Part shown: positions 23,403-33,188 of the stretch, in pieces
Layout of the letters: every line of letters begins with the position of its first letter
How positions within the stretch are numbered: position 1 is the stretch's first letter
From: an uncultured delta proteobacterium
Lineage (GTDB): Bacteria > Myxococcota_A > Polyangia > Palsa-1104
Direction: 5' to 3'
Assembly (NCBI GenBank): GCA_963785725.1
Contig: CAWAWS010000004.1
Span: forward strand, 159,739 to 223,738
Length of the DNA stretch: 64,000 bases
The notes under the pieces: generated by a model
What the model was told of the DNA's origin: nothing
The model's input: the letters and a program-made list of their open reading frames with translations, nothing else
Database searches by the model: none
Position numbers and translations under genes: made by a program

Positions 23403-23975
23403 GTGAGACGCTACGCTTATCCTGCCGTCGTCGTCGTCGTCGCCGCTGGCGTCGGTGTGTACGCGGCTTCCGTCGGCGGTCGTGCATCGACGCCGTTTTT
23501 GGTCGCGGCCACGGCCGCGCTCGGCTGGATCTGCTGGCTCTTGTTCCGCGCGGCGGCGGCGCTCGTGCGCGAGCCCGACGTCGGCGACAACGTCGTCGCC
23601 ACCGGCCGGCGGCGCAAAGAGCTGGAGCGCGAGAAACAGTCGCTCTTGAAGGCGCTCAAGGAGCTCGAGTTCGATCACGAGATGGGCAAGGTGTCGCAGA
23701 AGGACTTCGAGGACATCGGCGCGCTCTATCGCGCCCGCGCCATCGGCGTCTTGCGCCGGCTCGATGACGCCGGCGGCGACTATCAGAAGATGATCGCGGC
23801 CGACGTCGCCAAGCGCCTGAAGAAGGCGCCGGCCGCGACCGCGACGACGCCGGCGACGGCCGCCGAAGCCATCGCCGGCGACGGCTGCGCCAAGTGTCAG
23901 ACGCGGAACGACGCCGACGCCGAGTTCTGCAAGAAGTGCGGATCCAAGCTGCACAACAGCGAGGCGGCGTCATGA
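23403..23975 (+). CDS. Membrane protein with CcmI-like helical segment and C-terminal zinc ribbon
   Basis: Two TM; LKELEFDHEMGKVS; CAKC...FCKKCG. Confidence 0.75.
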   Translation: MRRYAYPAVVVVVAAGVGVYAASVGGRASTPFLVAATAALGWICWLLFRAAAALVREPDVGDNVVATGRRRKELEREKQSLLKALKELEFDHEMGKVSQKDFEDIGALYRARAIGVLRRLDDAGGDYQKMIAADVAKRLKKAPAATATTPATAAEAIAGDGCAKCQTRNDADAEFCKKCGSKLHNSEAAS

Positions 23976-25493
23976 AGCTGCGGGTGATCGTCGGTCTCGT
24001 GCTGCTGTCGTCGACTGTGTTGGCGCAGCCGATGATGATCGATCCGTCGAAGATGTCGGGGATTCCGCGGCCCGATCCGCAGGTTCCGCCGGGCACGGTG
24101 ACGGTGCGGCTCATTCGCGGCGAGCTGTCGAACCGCATGGTCGGCGTCGACGTCGGCCTCGCCAGCGCCGACGGCAAAGTCACGATCCAGAAGACGAACG
24201 ACGAAGGGCGCGCGACCTTCAGCGGCTTGCAGATCGGCGCCACCTATCAGGCGCGCTCGACCGACGGCCTGCAGGAGCTGACGTCGCAGCCGATCGAGCT
24301 GCCGAGCTCGGCGGGCGTGCGCGTCATGCTGGTGTTCGCGGCCAAGCCGGGCGAAGGCGCTGCCGAAGGCCAGGCAGGCGCGGCGCCGGCCGGCGCCATG
24401 CCGACGACTGCAGCCGCCGCCAACGACAACGGCGTGGCCCATCCCGACAAGTCGCTGCCGGGCGGCACGCTGATCGTGCGCGCCGTCGGCGAAGGCGGCG
24501 TGCCGCTGCCCGACTTGACGGTCGTGCTCGGCCACGCGCGGCAGGGCGAAAAGGGCGTCCAAGAGCGCAAAGCCCAGACCAACAAAGACGGCGAGGCGAA
24601 GTTCGAAGGGCTCGATGCCAAGCCGACCTCGGGCTACCTCATCGAAGTGCAAAAAGAGGGCGCGCGCTTTCCGTCGCGGCCGTTCCGCTTGCAGGAAAAC
24701 ATCGGCATGCGCCTCAGCGTCGACGTGCGGCCGGTGTCGAAGGACTTGGGCGCGCTGCACATCGGGCCGGGCTCGCACTTCATCATCGAGGTTGCGGACG
24801 ATGTCGTGCAGATCTTCGAAGTGCTGCGGCTCATGAACACGTCGCAGAACGCCATCGATCCGGGGCCGGCCGGCTTGCATTTTCCGCTGCCGGACAAGGC
24901 GCTGCAGGCGCAGGCGGGGCAGCAGAGCTCGCCGTCCTTGCGCGTCGTCGGGCACGAAGGCATTTGGACGGGCCCGATTCCGCCCGGCGACACCGAGCTG
25001 CAGATTCAGTTCATGCTTGCCTTACGAGGGCGGCGCGCTCGACATCGTGCAGCGGACGCCGGTCATGTTCGACGACTCGGCGGTGGTGACGGAGAAGATC
25101 GACGGCTTCAGCGTCGAAGGGCAGAACTTCACGGCCGAAGAGAAGGAGCTGCAAGGGCGCAAGCTCGTCCTCTATCGCGGCTCGGGCACGACGGCGAACG
25201 GCACGCTGGTGTTGCACCTGCTCGGCCTGCCGCACGCCGATCCGACGTGGCGCTACGTCTCGCTCGCGCTGTGCATTGCCTTCGTCATCGGCTTCGGCAT
25301 CTACGCGTTCGGTCCCGGCACGCGCAAAAAAGGGCGCGAGAAGGCGCTCGTCGAGGAGCGCGAGCAGCTGCTCGGTCAGCTCGTCGCGCTCGAGCAAAAA
25401 GGCGGCGACGACGCCAAGCGCGCCAAGAAGCGCGAGCAGCTGACGGCGCAGCTGACGCGGATCTATCGCGAATTGGACGAGGTCGGCCGCTGA
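23972..25493 (+). CDS. Exported protein with carboxypeptidase-regulatory-like beta domains and C-terminal TM; +1 frameshift near 25017
   Basis: Signal peptide; repeated TNDEGRATF / TNKDGEAKF; second frame 25017..25493 supplies the TM and helical tail. Confidence 0.75.
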
Positions 25494-26242
25494 CGTTCGA
25501 CGCCGTCGAGGCGCGCGGCCTGACGAAGGTCTACGGACGCCAGCGCGCGCTCGCCGGCGTCGACTTGACCTTGCGCGCCGGCGAGGCGACGGCGCTGCTC
25601 GGGCCCAACGGCGCCGGCAAGTCGACGCTCGTCGGCATCCTGGCGACGCTGACCACGCCGTCGACGGGCGAAGTGCGCTACGGCGGCGCGCGCGCCGGCG
25701 ACGACGACGACTTGCGGCGCGCCATCGGCGTCATCGCGCACGAGTCGCTCTGTTACGGCGATCTGACGGGCCGCGAGAACCTGGAATTTTTCGCGCGTTT
25801 GTACGACGTCGCCGATGCGCGTAAAGCGGCGGCGTCGCTGCTCTCGCGCGTCGGGCTCGACGACGCCGCCGGCCGGCCGGCGCGCACCTATTCGCGCGGC
25901 ATGATGCAGCGCCTGGCGGTCGCGCGCGCGCTCGTCCATCAGCCGCAGCTGCTCTTGGCCGACGAGCCGTTCACCGGCCTCGACCGCAGCGGCGTCGAGC
26001 TGTTGGCCACGCTGCTCGACGAAGAGCGCGCCCGCGGCTGCATCCTCGTCGTCGTCACGCACGACTTCGACGCCGTGGCGCCGCTGATCGATCGCGTCGT
26101 CGTCTTGGCGCGCGGTCGCATCGCGCACGACGCGCCGGCGCCGTCGCCGCGCAGCCACGCCGCGCTCGCCGACGTCTACCGAACGGCGGTCGCCGGCGTC
26201 GCCGCCGCGCGCCCCGTCCGCCGCGTATCCGCGCTACAATGA
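25490..26242 (+). CDS. ccmA: Heme exporter ATP-binding protein CcmA (apparent CTG start)
   Basis: GPNGAGKST, YSRGM, LLADEP; directly upstream of ccmB. Confidence 0.88.
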   Translation: MTFDAVEARGLTKVYGRQRALAGVDLTLRAGEATALLGPNGAGKSTLVGILATLTTPSTGEVRYGGARAGDDDDLRRAIGVIAHESLCYGDLTGRENLEFFARLYDVADARKAAASLLSRVGLDDAAGRPARTYSRGMMQRLAVARALVHQPQLLLADEPFTGLDRSGVELLATLLDEERARGCILVVVTHDFDAVAPLIDRVVVLARGRIAHDAPAPSPRSHAALADVYRTAVAGVAAARPVRRVSALQ

Positions 26243-26922
26243 CGGCGATGCGCGCGCTCGGCCTGCTCCTGTGGAAGGACGTGCTCGTCGAGCTGCGCGC
26301 CAAGGAGCTGGTCTACGCCACGGTCTTCTTCGCGGCGGTGGTGCTGCTCGTGTTCTGCTTCGCGTTCTTGGGCGGCCCGAAGCCGACGGTCGACGTCGCC
26401 GCCGGCGTCTTGTGGGTGGCCATCGCGCTCGCGGGCACGATGGGCATCTCGCGCGCGTTCGAGCGCGAGCGCGAAGGCGACACCTTGCGCGCGCTCTTGC
26501 TCTCGCCGGCGCCGCGCGCGAGCTTGTACCTGTCGAAGCTGGCCGCGATCTCGCTGTTGATGGTGATCGTCGAGCTGGTGACGACGCTCTTGACCTCACT
26601 TTTGTTCGGCGTCTCGCTGCCGTCGGGAACAGTGTCGCTGGTCGCGCTGTTGCTGCTGGGGACGGTCGGGTTCGCGGCGGTGGCGGCGCTCTTCGGCGCC
26701 TCGCTCGGCCGTGCCCGCTCGCGCGACGTGCTCTTGCCGCTGCTGGTTTACCCGCTCGTCGTGCCGGTGCTCATCGCCGGCACGCGCGGCACGAGCGCGC
26801 TGCTCGTCGGCGCCGAGCCGGCGGTCATCGCCTTCTGGCTGAAGTTTCTGTTGGTTTTCGACGCCATCTTCGTATCGCTCGGCGTCTGGGTCTTCGAACC
26901 GCTCGTGGCAGGTGACGCATGA
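26239..26922 (+). CDS. ccmB: Heme exporter protein CcmB
   Basis: WKDVLVELR, FEREREG..L, LLPLLVYPLVVPVLI; about 6 TM. Confidence 0.9.
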   Translation: MTAMRALGLLLWKDVLVELRAKELVYATVFFAAVVLLVFCFAFLGGPKPTVDVAAGVLWVAIALAGTMGISRAFEREREGDTLRALLLSPAPRASLYLSKLAAISLLMVIVELVTTLLTSLLFGVSLPSGTVSLVALLLLGTVGFAAVAALFGASLGRARSRDVLLPLLVYPLVVPVLIAGTRGTSALLVGAEPAVIAFWLKFLLVFDAIFVSLGVWVFEPLVAGDA

Positions 26923-27602
26923 AGCTGAGACCGTATTTCCTCGTCGTTCTGGCGCTGGCCATGCTCGGCATGCTGGTGGCGCCGTCGCTCATCCTGTCGG
27001 CGCCGCGCGAAGCGACGATGGGACTCGTGCAAAAGATTTTCTACTATCACGTGCCCTCGGCGTGGACCTGCTTTCTGGCGACGTTCGTCTGCGCCTTCGG
27101 CAGCGGGCTCTACCTGTTCAAGGGCAGCGAAGCCGGCGATCGCTTGGCCGTCGCCGCCGCCGAGCTCACCGTGCTCTTCGGCCTGTGCACGCTCGTGACC
27201 GGCCCGTTGTGGGGACGCAAAGCCTGGGGCGTCTACTGGGTTTGGGACGTGCGCCTGACGACGACGCTGCTCTTGTGGATGATCTTCATCGCCTACTTGT
27301 TCGCGCGTAAATATGGCGGCCCCGGCTCGAAGAAGCTCGCCGCCGGCCTCGCGCTCTTCGGCGCCGCCGACGTCCCGCTCATCTATTTTTCGGTCAGCAT
27401 CTGGCGGACGATTCATCCGAAGACGAGCGTCGTGCCGTCGGTGTTGTCGCAGCCGGGGATGGCGATGCCGTTCATCGTCGCCATGTTGGCGTTCACGATC
27501 ATGTTCTTCGCGCTCTTGGAAATGCGCGTCGGTCTCGAGCGAGCGCGGGCGCGTGTCGACGAGCTGCACCTGGCGGCGGAAGACGCCGGATTGGAAAACT
27601 GA
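26919..27602 (+). CDS. ccmC: Heme exporter / cytochrome c assembly protein CcmC
   Basis: IFYYHVPSAW, WGRKAWGVYWVWDVRLT, WRTIHP. Confidence 0.93.
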   Translation: MKLRPYFLVVLALAMLGMLVAPSLILSAPREATMGLVQKIFYYHVPSAWTCFLATFVCAFGSGLYLFKGSEAGDRLAVAAAELTVLFGLCTLVTGPLWGRKAWGVYWVWDVRLTTTLLLWMIFIAYLFARKYGGPGSKKLAAGLALFGAADVPLIYFSVSIWRTIHPKTSVVPSVLSQPGMAMPFIVAMLAFTIMFFALLEMRVGLERARARVDELHLAAEDAGLEN

Positions 27603-27603
27603 C

Positions 27604-27870
27604 ATGAAACGGCTATTTCAGGCGCTCTTGATCGTCTGCTTCTTGGGTGGCATCGCGTCGGCGCAGGCGCAGCCGAAGAAGGACGACGAAGGCTTCGAGG
27701 CGGTCAACGGCGACATGATGCAGTCGGGCGAGACCATCCCCGGCTCGCGGCTCGTCGGTCTCGCGTACGGGTTCATCTTCGTCGCCGTGTTGGTGTGGGT
27801 GGCGACGGTGGCGCAGCGTTCGCGCAAGCTCGAAGACGAGGTCGAGGCGCTGAAGAAGAAGCTCGGCTAA
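27604..27870 (+). CDS. CcmD-like small membrane protein with N-terminal signal peptide
   Basis: Follows ccmC; LAYGFIFVAVLVWV TM plus charged helix. Confidence 0.65.
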   Translation: MKRLFQALLIVCFLGGIASAQAQPKKDDEGFEAVNGDMMQSGETIPGSRLVGLAYGFIFVAVLVWVATVAQRSRKLEDEVEALKKKLG

Positions 27871-28076
27871 TGCCGACGACGGCGCACTTCATTTACATTC
27901 CGGCGGTGTTGTCGCTGGGCGTCGTCATCGGATTCGTGTTGGGTGGACGCGCGGCGCGCGATGCGCAAGTCGCGCAAGCGGCGCGCGAGGCCGCGCGCGC
28001 GGCGCGGCGGGCGGCCAAGGGGGCGACGGCGGCGGGCGCGAAGGATGGCGACGGCGGGACGTCGCAGCCGTCGTAG
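27870..28076 (+). CDS. Small single-TM protein ending the ccm operon
   Basis: ATG overlaps TAA; MPTTAHFIYIPAVLSLGVVIGFVLG. Confidence 0.65.
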   Translation: MPTTAHFIYIPAVLSLGVVIGFVLGGRAARDAQVAQAAREAARAARRAAKGATAAGAKDGDGGTSQPS

Positions 28077-28138
28077 GCGTACGGCAGCGGACGTCGCAGG
28101 CTCGGTTGTCGCCGACGGTGAACCGCTCGGTGGAGATG

Positions 28139-28280
28139 ACGCGACCCGCGCGTCGCAGAGGTCGCTGGTACGCGACCCGCGCGTCGCAGAGGTCGCTGGT
28201 ACGCGACCCGCGCGTCGCAGAGGTCGCTGGTACGCGACCCGCGCGTCGCAGAGGTCGCTGGTACGCGACCCGCGCGTCGC
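28139..28280. repeat. Perfect 31-bp tandem repeat, about 4.6 copies
   Basis: ACGCGACCCGCGCGTCGCAGAGGTCGCTGGT starting at 28139, 28170, 28201, 28232; partial at 28263. Confidence 0.95.
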
Positions 28281-28594
28281 GGACTCGCTACTACGCGACC
28301 GCTCGTCGTCGCGGTCGAGAACACGCGAGCCGGTGAGCGGCCGGGCGGCGACGAGCAGTGTACCGATGGGGCTGGTGTCGCAAGGGAGCCGGCAGGCGGA
28401 GGCGCGCGGGCGGGCTGTGCCCGCGCGCGCCGGAGCCCCGTCGTGCCGGCCATCGGTGGAGCGAGCAAAGCGGTGATTGGTTTATCGCGGGCTCGGTCTC
28501 GCAGCGCCGACGTTCGCCCCCAAACGCAGCGCTAGAGACGAGCACAGCCGCGCGCGGGGCCGCGGCTACATTGACCTCGCGGGGTGTGACGCGG

Positions 28595-31500
28595 TCAGCG
28601 GAGGTTGAAGTGCAGCGGCATGCGTTCGCCCGCCGACAGCGCGGGGACGTGCAGGCGGCGCAGCGAGTGGCCCGGCCGCTGAACGGTGACGACGTGCTCG
28701 ACGCCCGGCTGCACGCTGACGGCCGCCGACGTGCCGAGGCCTTGCACGCGGCCGTCGACGGTGATGTTCGCCGGCGCGTCGGTGTGGATGACGAGCAGCG
28801 CGGTGCCGGCGGCGACGGGCGGCTCGGCGGCTTCGGTCGCGCCCGCATGGCTCGCGGCGGCCGATCGCGCGCCGGCGGCCGTCGGCGTCGTGGCGCCGCC
28901 CGGCGCGGCGTTCCCATCGGTGGCGGCGGTCGACGGCGACTTGACGATCGACGCGGCGGCAGTCGTGCCCGCGGCGTTCGGCGCTGCCGATCCCGCGCTC
29001 GGCGACGAGCCCGCGTTCGCTGGTGTAGCCGAAGACGGCGCGCCTGAAGTCTGCGCGGCGCCTGCATTCACGGACGTGGCGTTGGGCGACGAGCCCGTGC
29101 CATTCGGCGACGAGCGGTTTGCGGCCGCCGACGCGCCCGTTGCCGGCGCGCCAGTCGCGTTCGGCGCGCCCGCCGCCGGCGCGCCCGCCGCCGACGCGCC
29201 CGCCGCCGACGCGCCCGTCGCGTTCGTCGCGGCCGCTGCAGGCGAGCCGTTCGCGTTCGTCGCCGGCGAGCTGTTCGCGTTCGTCGCGCCGGCAACGTTC
29301 GGCGTCGCCGTCGGGTCGCCCGGCGCCACCGTCGGCGGCTCGCCGCTTGGCCACAGCGCGACGAGCGCGACCGCCGCCACCGCCAGCGCCGCCGACGCCG
29401 CGACGAGCACGCGCTTGAGCGGCGGCGTCTTCGGCTCGGCCCACGCCGGATGCTTCAGCGTCGACTTCTCGGCGCCGAAGCGCTGCCCGTCGCTCGTCCG
29501 CGGACGCGCGATCGATCCCGTCGTCGGGCTCGTCAATAAGCCGCCACCGGGCACGGTCGCGCCGTCGTCGGCGAACTCTGCCAGCGGCGGCGGCGGCGTG
29601 GCGCGCGCGGCGGCGAGCAGCTCTTCCGAGGCCTTCGACGTCGGCCCGTCGGCATAGTCGGCGGAGACGGCGTGCTCGGTCGGTCCGTCGTCGAAGTGCG
29701 CGGGATCGACGGCCGACATCGCCGGCGTCGTCGGCGCCGACATTGCCGGCGTCGGCGTGACGGCCGGCGCGCTCGGCGGCGGCGGCGTCGCGCTCGCGGC
29801 CGTCGGTGGCGGCGGCGTACGCGGTCCGCCCCAACCAGCCGCCGACGGCATCGACCAGCCCGCCGCGCCCGGCATGACGCCGCCCGTCGGTGGCGGCAGC
29901 GTACCCGCGGCCGGAGTCGGCGCCCGCGGCGGCAGCGTACCCGCGGCCGGAGTCGGCGCCCGCGGCGGCAGCGTACCCGCGGCCGGAGTCGCCGCGCGCG
30001 CCGTCGGTGGCGCCGGCGTCGCGCTGCCCGTCGGCGCGCTCGCGTTGCCCGCCGATGCCGCACTCGGCGCCGGCGAATGCGCCGCTGAACCGTCGGCAGC
30101 GCCCGACGACGCACCCGCTGCTCCAGCCGCATTCGAGGACGCGCCGGCTGCATTCGAGGACGCGCCGGCTGCATTCGGCGACGCGCCCGCCGGATTCGAC
30201 GACGCGCCGGCTGCATTCGGCGGCGCGCCCGCATTCGGCGGCGACGCGCCCGCATTCGGCGGCGACGCGCCTGCATTCGGCGACGGCGCGCCCGTGGTGA
30301 ACGGCGTGCCGAACGCCGGCGTGCCCCCTTTGGCCGCGCCCGCGAACGCCGCGTTCATCGCCGCCGACATCGCCGACGCCGTCGTCGGCGGTGGCGGCGT
30401 GCGCGTCGGCGGCGGCGGCGTGCGCGTCGGCGTAATCCGCGCAAGCGGCGACGGCGACTTCGTCAGCGGCGATGCCGCCGGCGGCTTGGCTACGCCCGGC
30501 AGATCCACCGCGATCGGCCCCGACACGCCGCGCGCCGACGGCAGCCCCGTCGACGGCGTCGGCCGATGCGTGATCGGCGACGGCCCCATCCACGAAATCG
30601 AGGTCTTCTCCTCGACCTTCAGCAGGAAATCCTCGAGCGACGCCAGCCCGGCCGCGCGAATGTCCTCGGCCTGCCGCTTCAGCTTCTTCGCGAACAGCCC
30701 GCGCATCCACTCCGACAGCGCCATCGCGTCCGCTTCCCAGCCGCTGGTACGAATGAGCGCCTCGAGCGCCGCGCGCAGCTCCTGCGCCGACTGAAAACGA
30801 TCGTCGGGATTACGCTCCAGCGCCTTGACGATGATGCGGTTGAGCTCCACCGGCATCGTCTTGTCGATGGTGATGGGCGCGCGAATCGGCTCCTCCGCCA
30901 CCGCCATCAGCGTCGCCATCTCCGTCGAACGCTTGAACAGCCGCTGCCACGTCACCATCTCCCACAGCAAAATCCCGGCGCAAAAGACGTCGGCGCGCGC
31001 ATCGATGGGCAAGCCGCGCGCCTGCTCCGGCGACATATAGGCGTACTTGCCCTTCAAGAGGCCGGCTTGCGTCTGCGCGGCGTTGGCTTCGCGCGTGGCC
31101 TTGGCGATGCCGAAGTCGACGATCTTGACGCCGCCTTCGTAGGTGACGATGACGTTCTGCGGCGACACGTCGCGGTGCACGAGCCCGAGCGGCTTGCCGT
31201 CGGCGCCGGCGCGCGTGTGCGCGTAATGCAGGCCGGCCATGGCGTCGGCGAGGATGCGGCAGCACAGCCCGAGCGGCAGCCGCGCGCCGTGCTCGGTGGC
31301 CTCGCGAATGACCGCGCGCAGGTCCTCGCCGTGCACGTACTCCATGGCGATGAAGAACTGCTCGCCCAACTTCCCGAGGTCGAAGATCTGCACGACGTTC
31401 GGGTGATTCAGCCGCGCCGCCACGCGCGCTTCGTTGAGGAACATGCGCACGAACGAATCGTCGGCACAGAGCTGCGGCAGGATGCGCTTGACGACGACGA

Positions 31501-31606
31501 GCTTCTCGAAGCCCTCCATGCCCTCTTGTTTGGCCAGGAACAGCTCGGCCATGCCGCCTTCGGCCAGCTTTCGCTGCAGCACGTACTTGCCGAACTGGGT
31601 GCTCAC
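28595..31606 (-). CDS. Ser/Thr protein kinase with long Ala/Pro-rich linkers, TM and PEGA-like C-terminus
   Basis: GGMAELF, VVVK, HRDVSPQN, DFG, GKYAYMSPEQ. Confidence 0.92.
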   Translation of the reverse strand: MSTQFGKYVLQRKLAEGGMAELFLAKQEGMEGFEKLVVVKRILPQLCADDSFVRMFLNEARVAARLNHPNVVQIFDLGKLGEQFFIAMEYVHGEDLRAVIREATEHGARLPLGLCCRILADAMAGLHYAHTRAGADGKPLGLVHRDVSPQNVIVTYEGGVKIVDFGIAKATREANAAQTQAGLLKGKYAYMSPEQARGLPIDARADVFCAGILLWEMVTWQRLFKRSTEMATLMAVAEEPIRAPITIDKTMPVELNRIIVKALERNPDDRFQSAQELRAALEALIRTSGWEADAMALSEWMRGLFAKKLKRQAEDIRAAGLASLEDFLLKVEEKTSISWMGPSPITHRPTPSTGLPSARGVSGPIAVDLPGVAKPPAASPLTKSPSPLARITPTRTPPPPTRTPPPPTTASAMSAAMNAAFAGAAKGGTPAFGTPFTTGAPSPNAGASPPNAGASPPNAGAPPNAAGASSNPAGASPNAAGASSNAAGASSNAAGAAGASSGAADGSAAHSPAPSAASAGNASAPTGSATPAPPTARAATPAAGTLPPRAPTPAAGTLPPRAPTPAAGTLPPPTGGVMPGAAGWSMPSAAGWGGPRTPPPPTAASATPPPPSAPAVTPTPAMSAPTTPAMSAVDPAHFDDGPTEHAVSADYADGPTSKASEELLAAARATPPPPLAEFADDGATVPGGGLLTSPTTGSIARPRTSDGQRFGAEKSTLKHPAWAEPKTPPLKRVLVAASAALAVAAVALVALWPSGEPPTVAPGDPTATPNVAGATNANSSPATNANGSPAAAATNATGASAAGASAAGAPAAGAPNATGAPATGASAAANRSSPNGTGSSPNATSVNAGAAQTSGAPSSATPANAGSSPSAGSAAPNAAGTTAAASIVKSPSTAATDGNAAPGGATTPTAAGARSAAASHAGATEAAEPPVAAGTALLVIHTDAPANITVDGRVQGLGTSAAVSVQPGVEHVVTVQRPGHSLRRLHVPALSAGERMPLHFNLR
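29892..30290 (-). repeat. Coding tandem repeats in the kinase linker (36-bp and 21-24-bp units)
   Basis: (PRAPTPAAGTLP) about x3; NAGASPP/NAAGASS units. Confidence 0.85.
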
Positions 31607-31671
31607 GAGAATGGCCGCGCATATCGTACCACCCTTGACACTCCGCAGTAAAAGGAATGACCATCCGGCGC

Positions 31672-32833
<1,162 letters not shown>

Positions 32834-32925
32834 CAGCGAACGCAACCGAGAATCCCGCCCCAGTAGCACCGAAGCCCCGCAAAAAACCGCGCCAAACCGC
32901 TCGCGTCTACCGACATATTCAGTTG

Positions 32926-33151
32926 GTCAACCTGCTTGACTAGCCGAGTCAAGCAGGTTGACTAAATGGTCAAGTCGCTTGATTTAATAGTCAAGCAGGT
33001 TGACTAAGTGGTCAAGCTGCTTGAATTCATAATCAAGCAGGTTGATTGAATGGTCAGGTCGATTGATTAAATGGTCAGGTCGGTTGACTAAGTGGTCAGG
33101 TCGGTTGACTAAATGGTCAGGTCGGTTGACTAAATGGTCAAGCGGGTTGAC
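32926..33151. repeat. Degenerate 21-bp palindromic tandem array (TTGAC-N6-GTCAR-N5), about 11 units
   Basis: TTGA(C/T/A) at 32936, 32958, 32979, 33000, 33021, 33042, 33063, 33084, 33105, 33126, 33147. Confidence 0.92.
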
Positions 33152-33188
33152 GACATGGGAGTGAGGCTTGCGCGTCGGGTCGCGCGCG

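Noticed and set aside
23894..26242. 782-aa fusion of an exported protein to CcmA
   Set aside because: Produced by the frameshift near 25017; the middle part is off-frame Arg-rich sequence and the true C-terminus is in ORF 25017..25493.
28139..28280. CRISPR array
   Set aside because: Head-to-tail units with no unique spacers; no cas genes in the window.
28480..28560. Structured ncRNA or MITE in the intergenic gap
   Set aside because: Only an imperfect GC-rich stem; no recognisable family and no second copy in the window.
32926..33151. CRISPR array, or the real protein ORF 32984..33505
   Set aside because: The 21-bp period is too short for repeat plus spacer; the ORF mostly overlaps the kinase gene in another frame.
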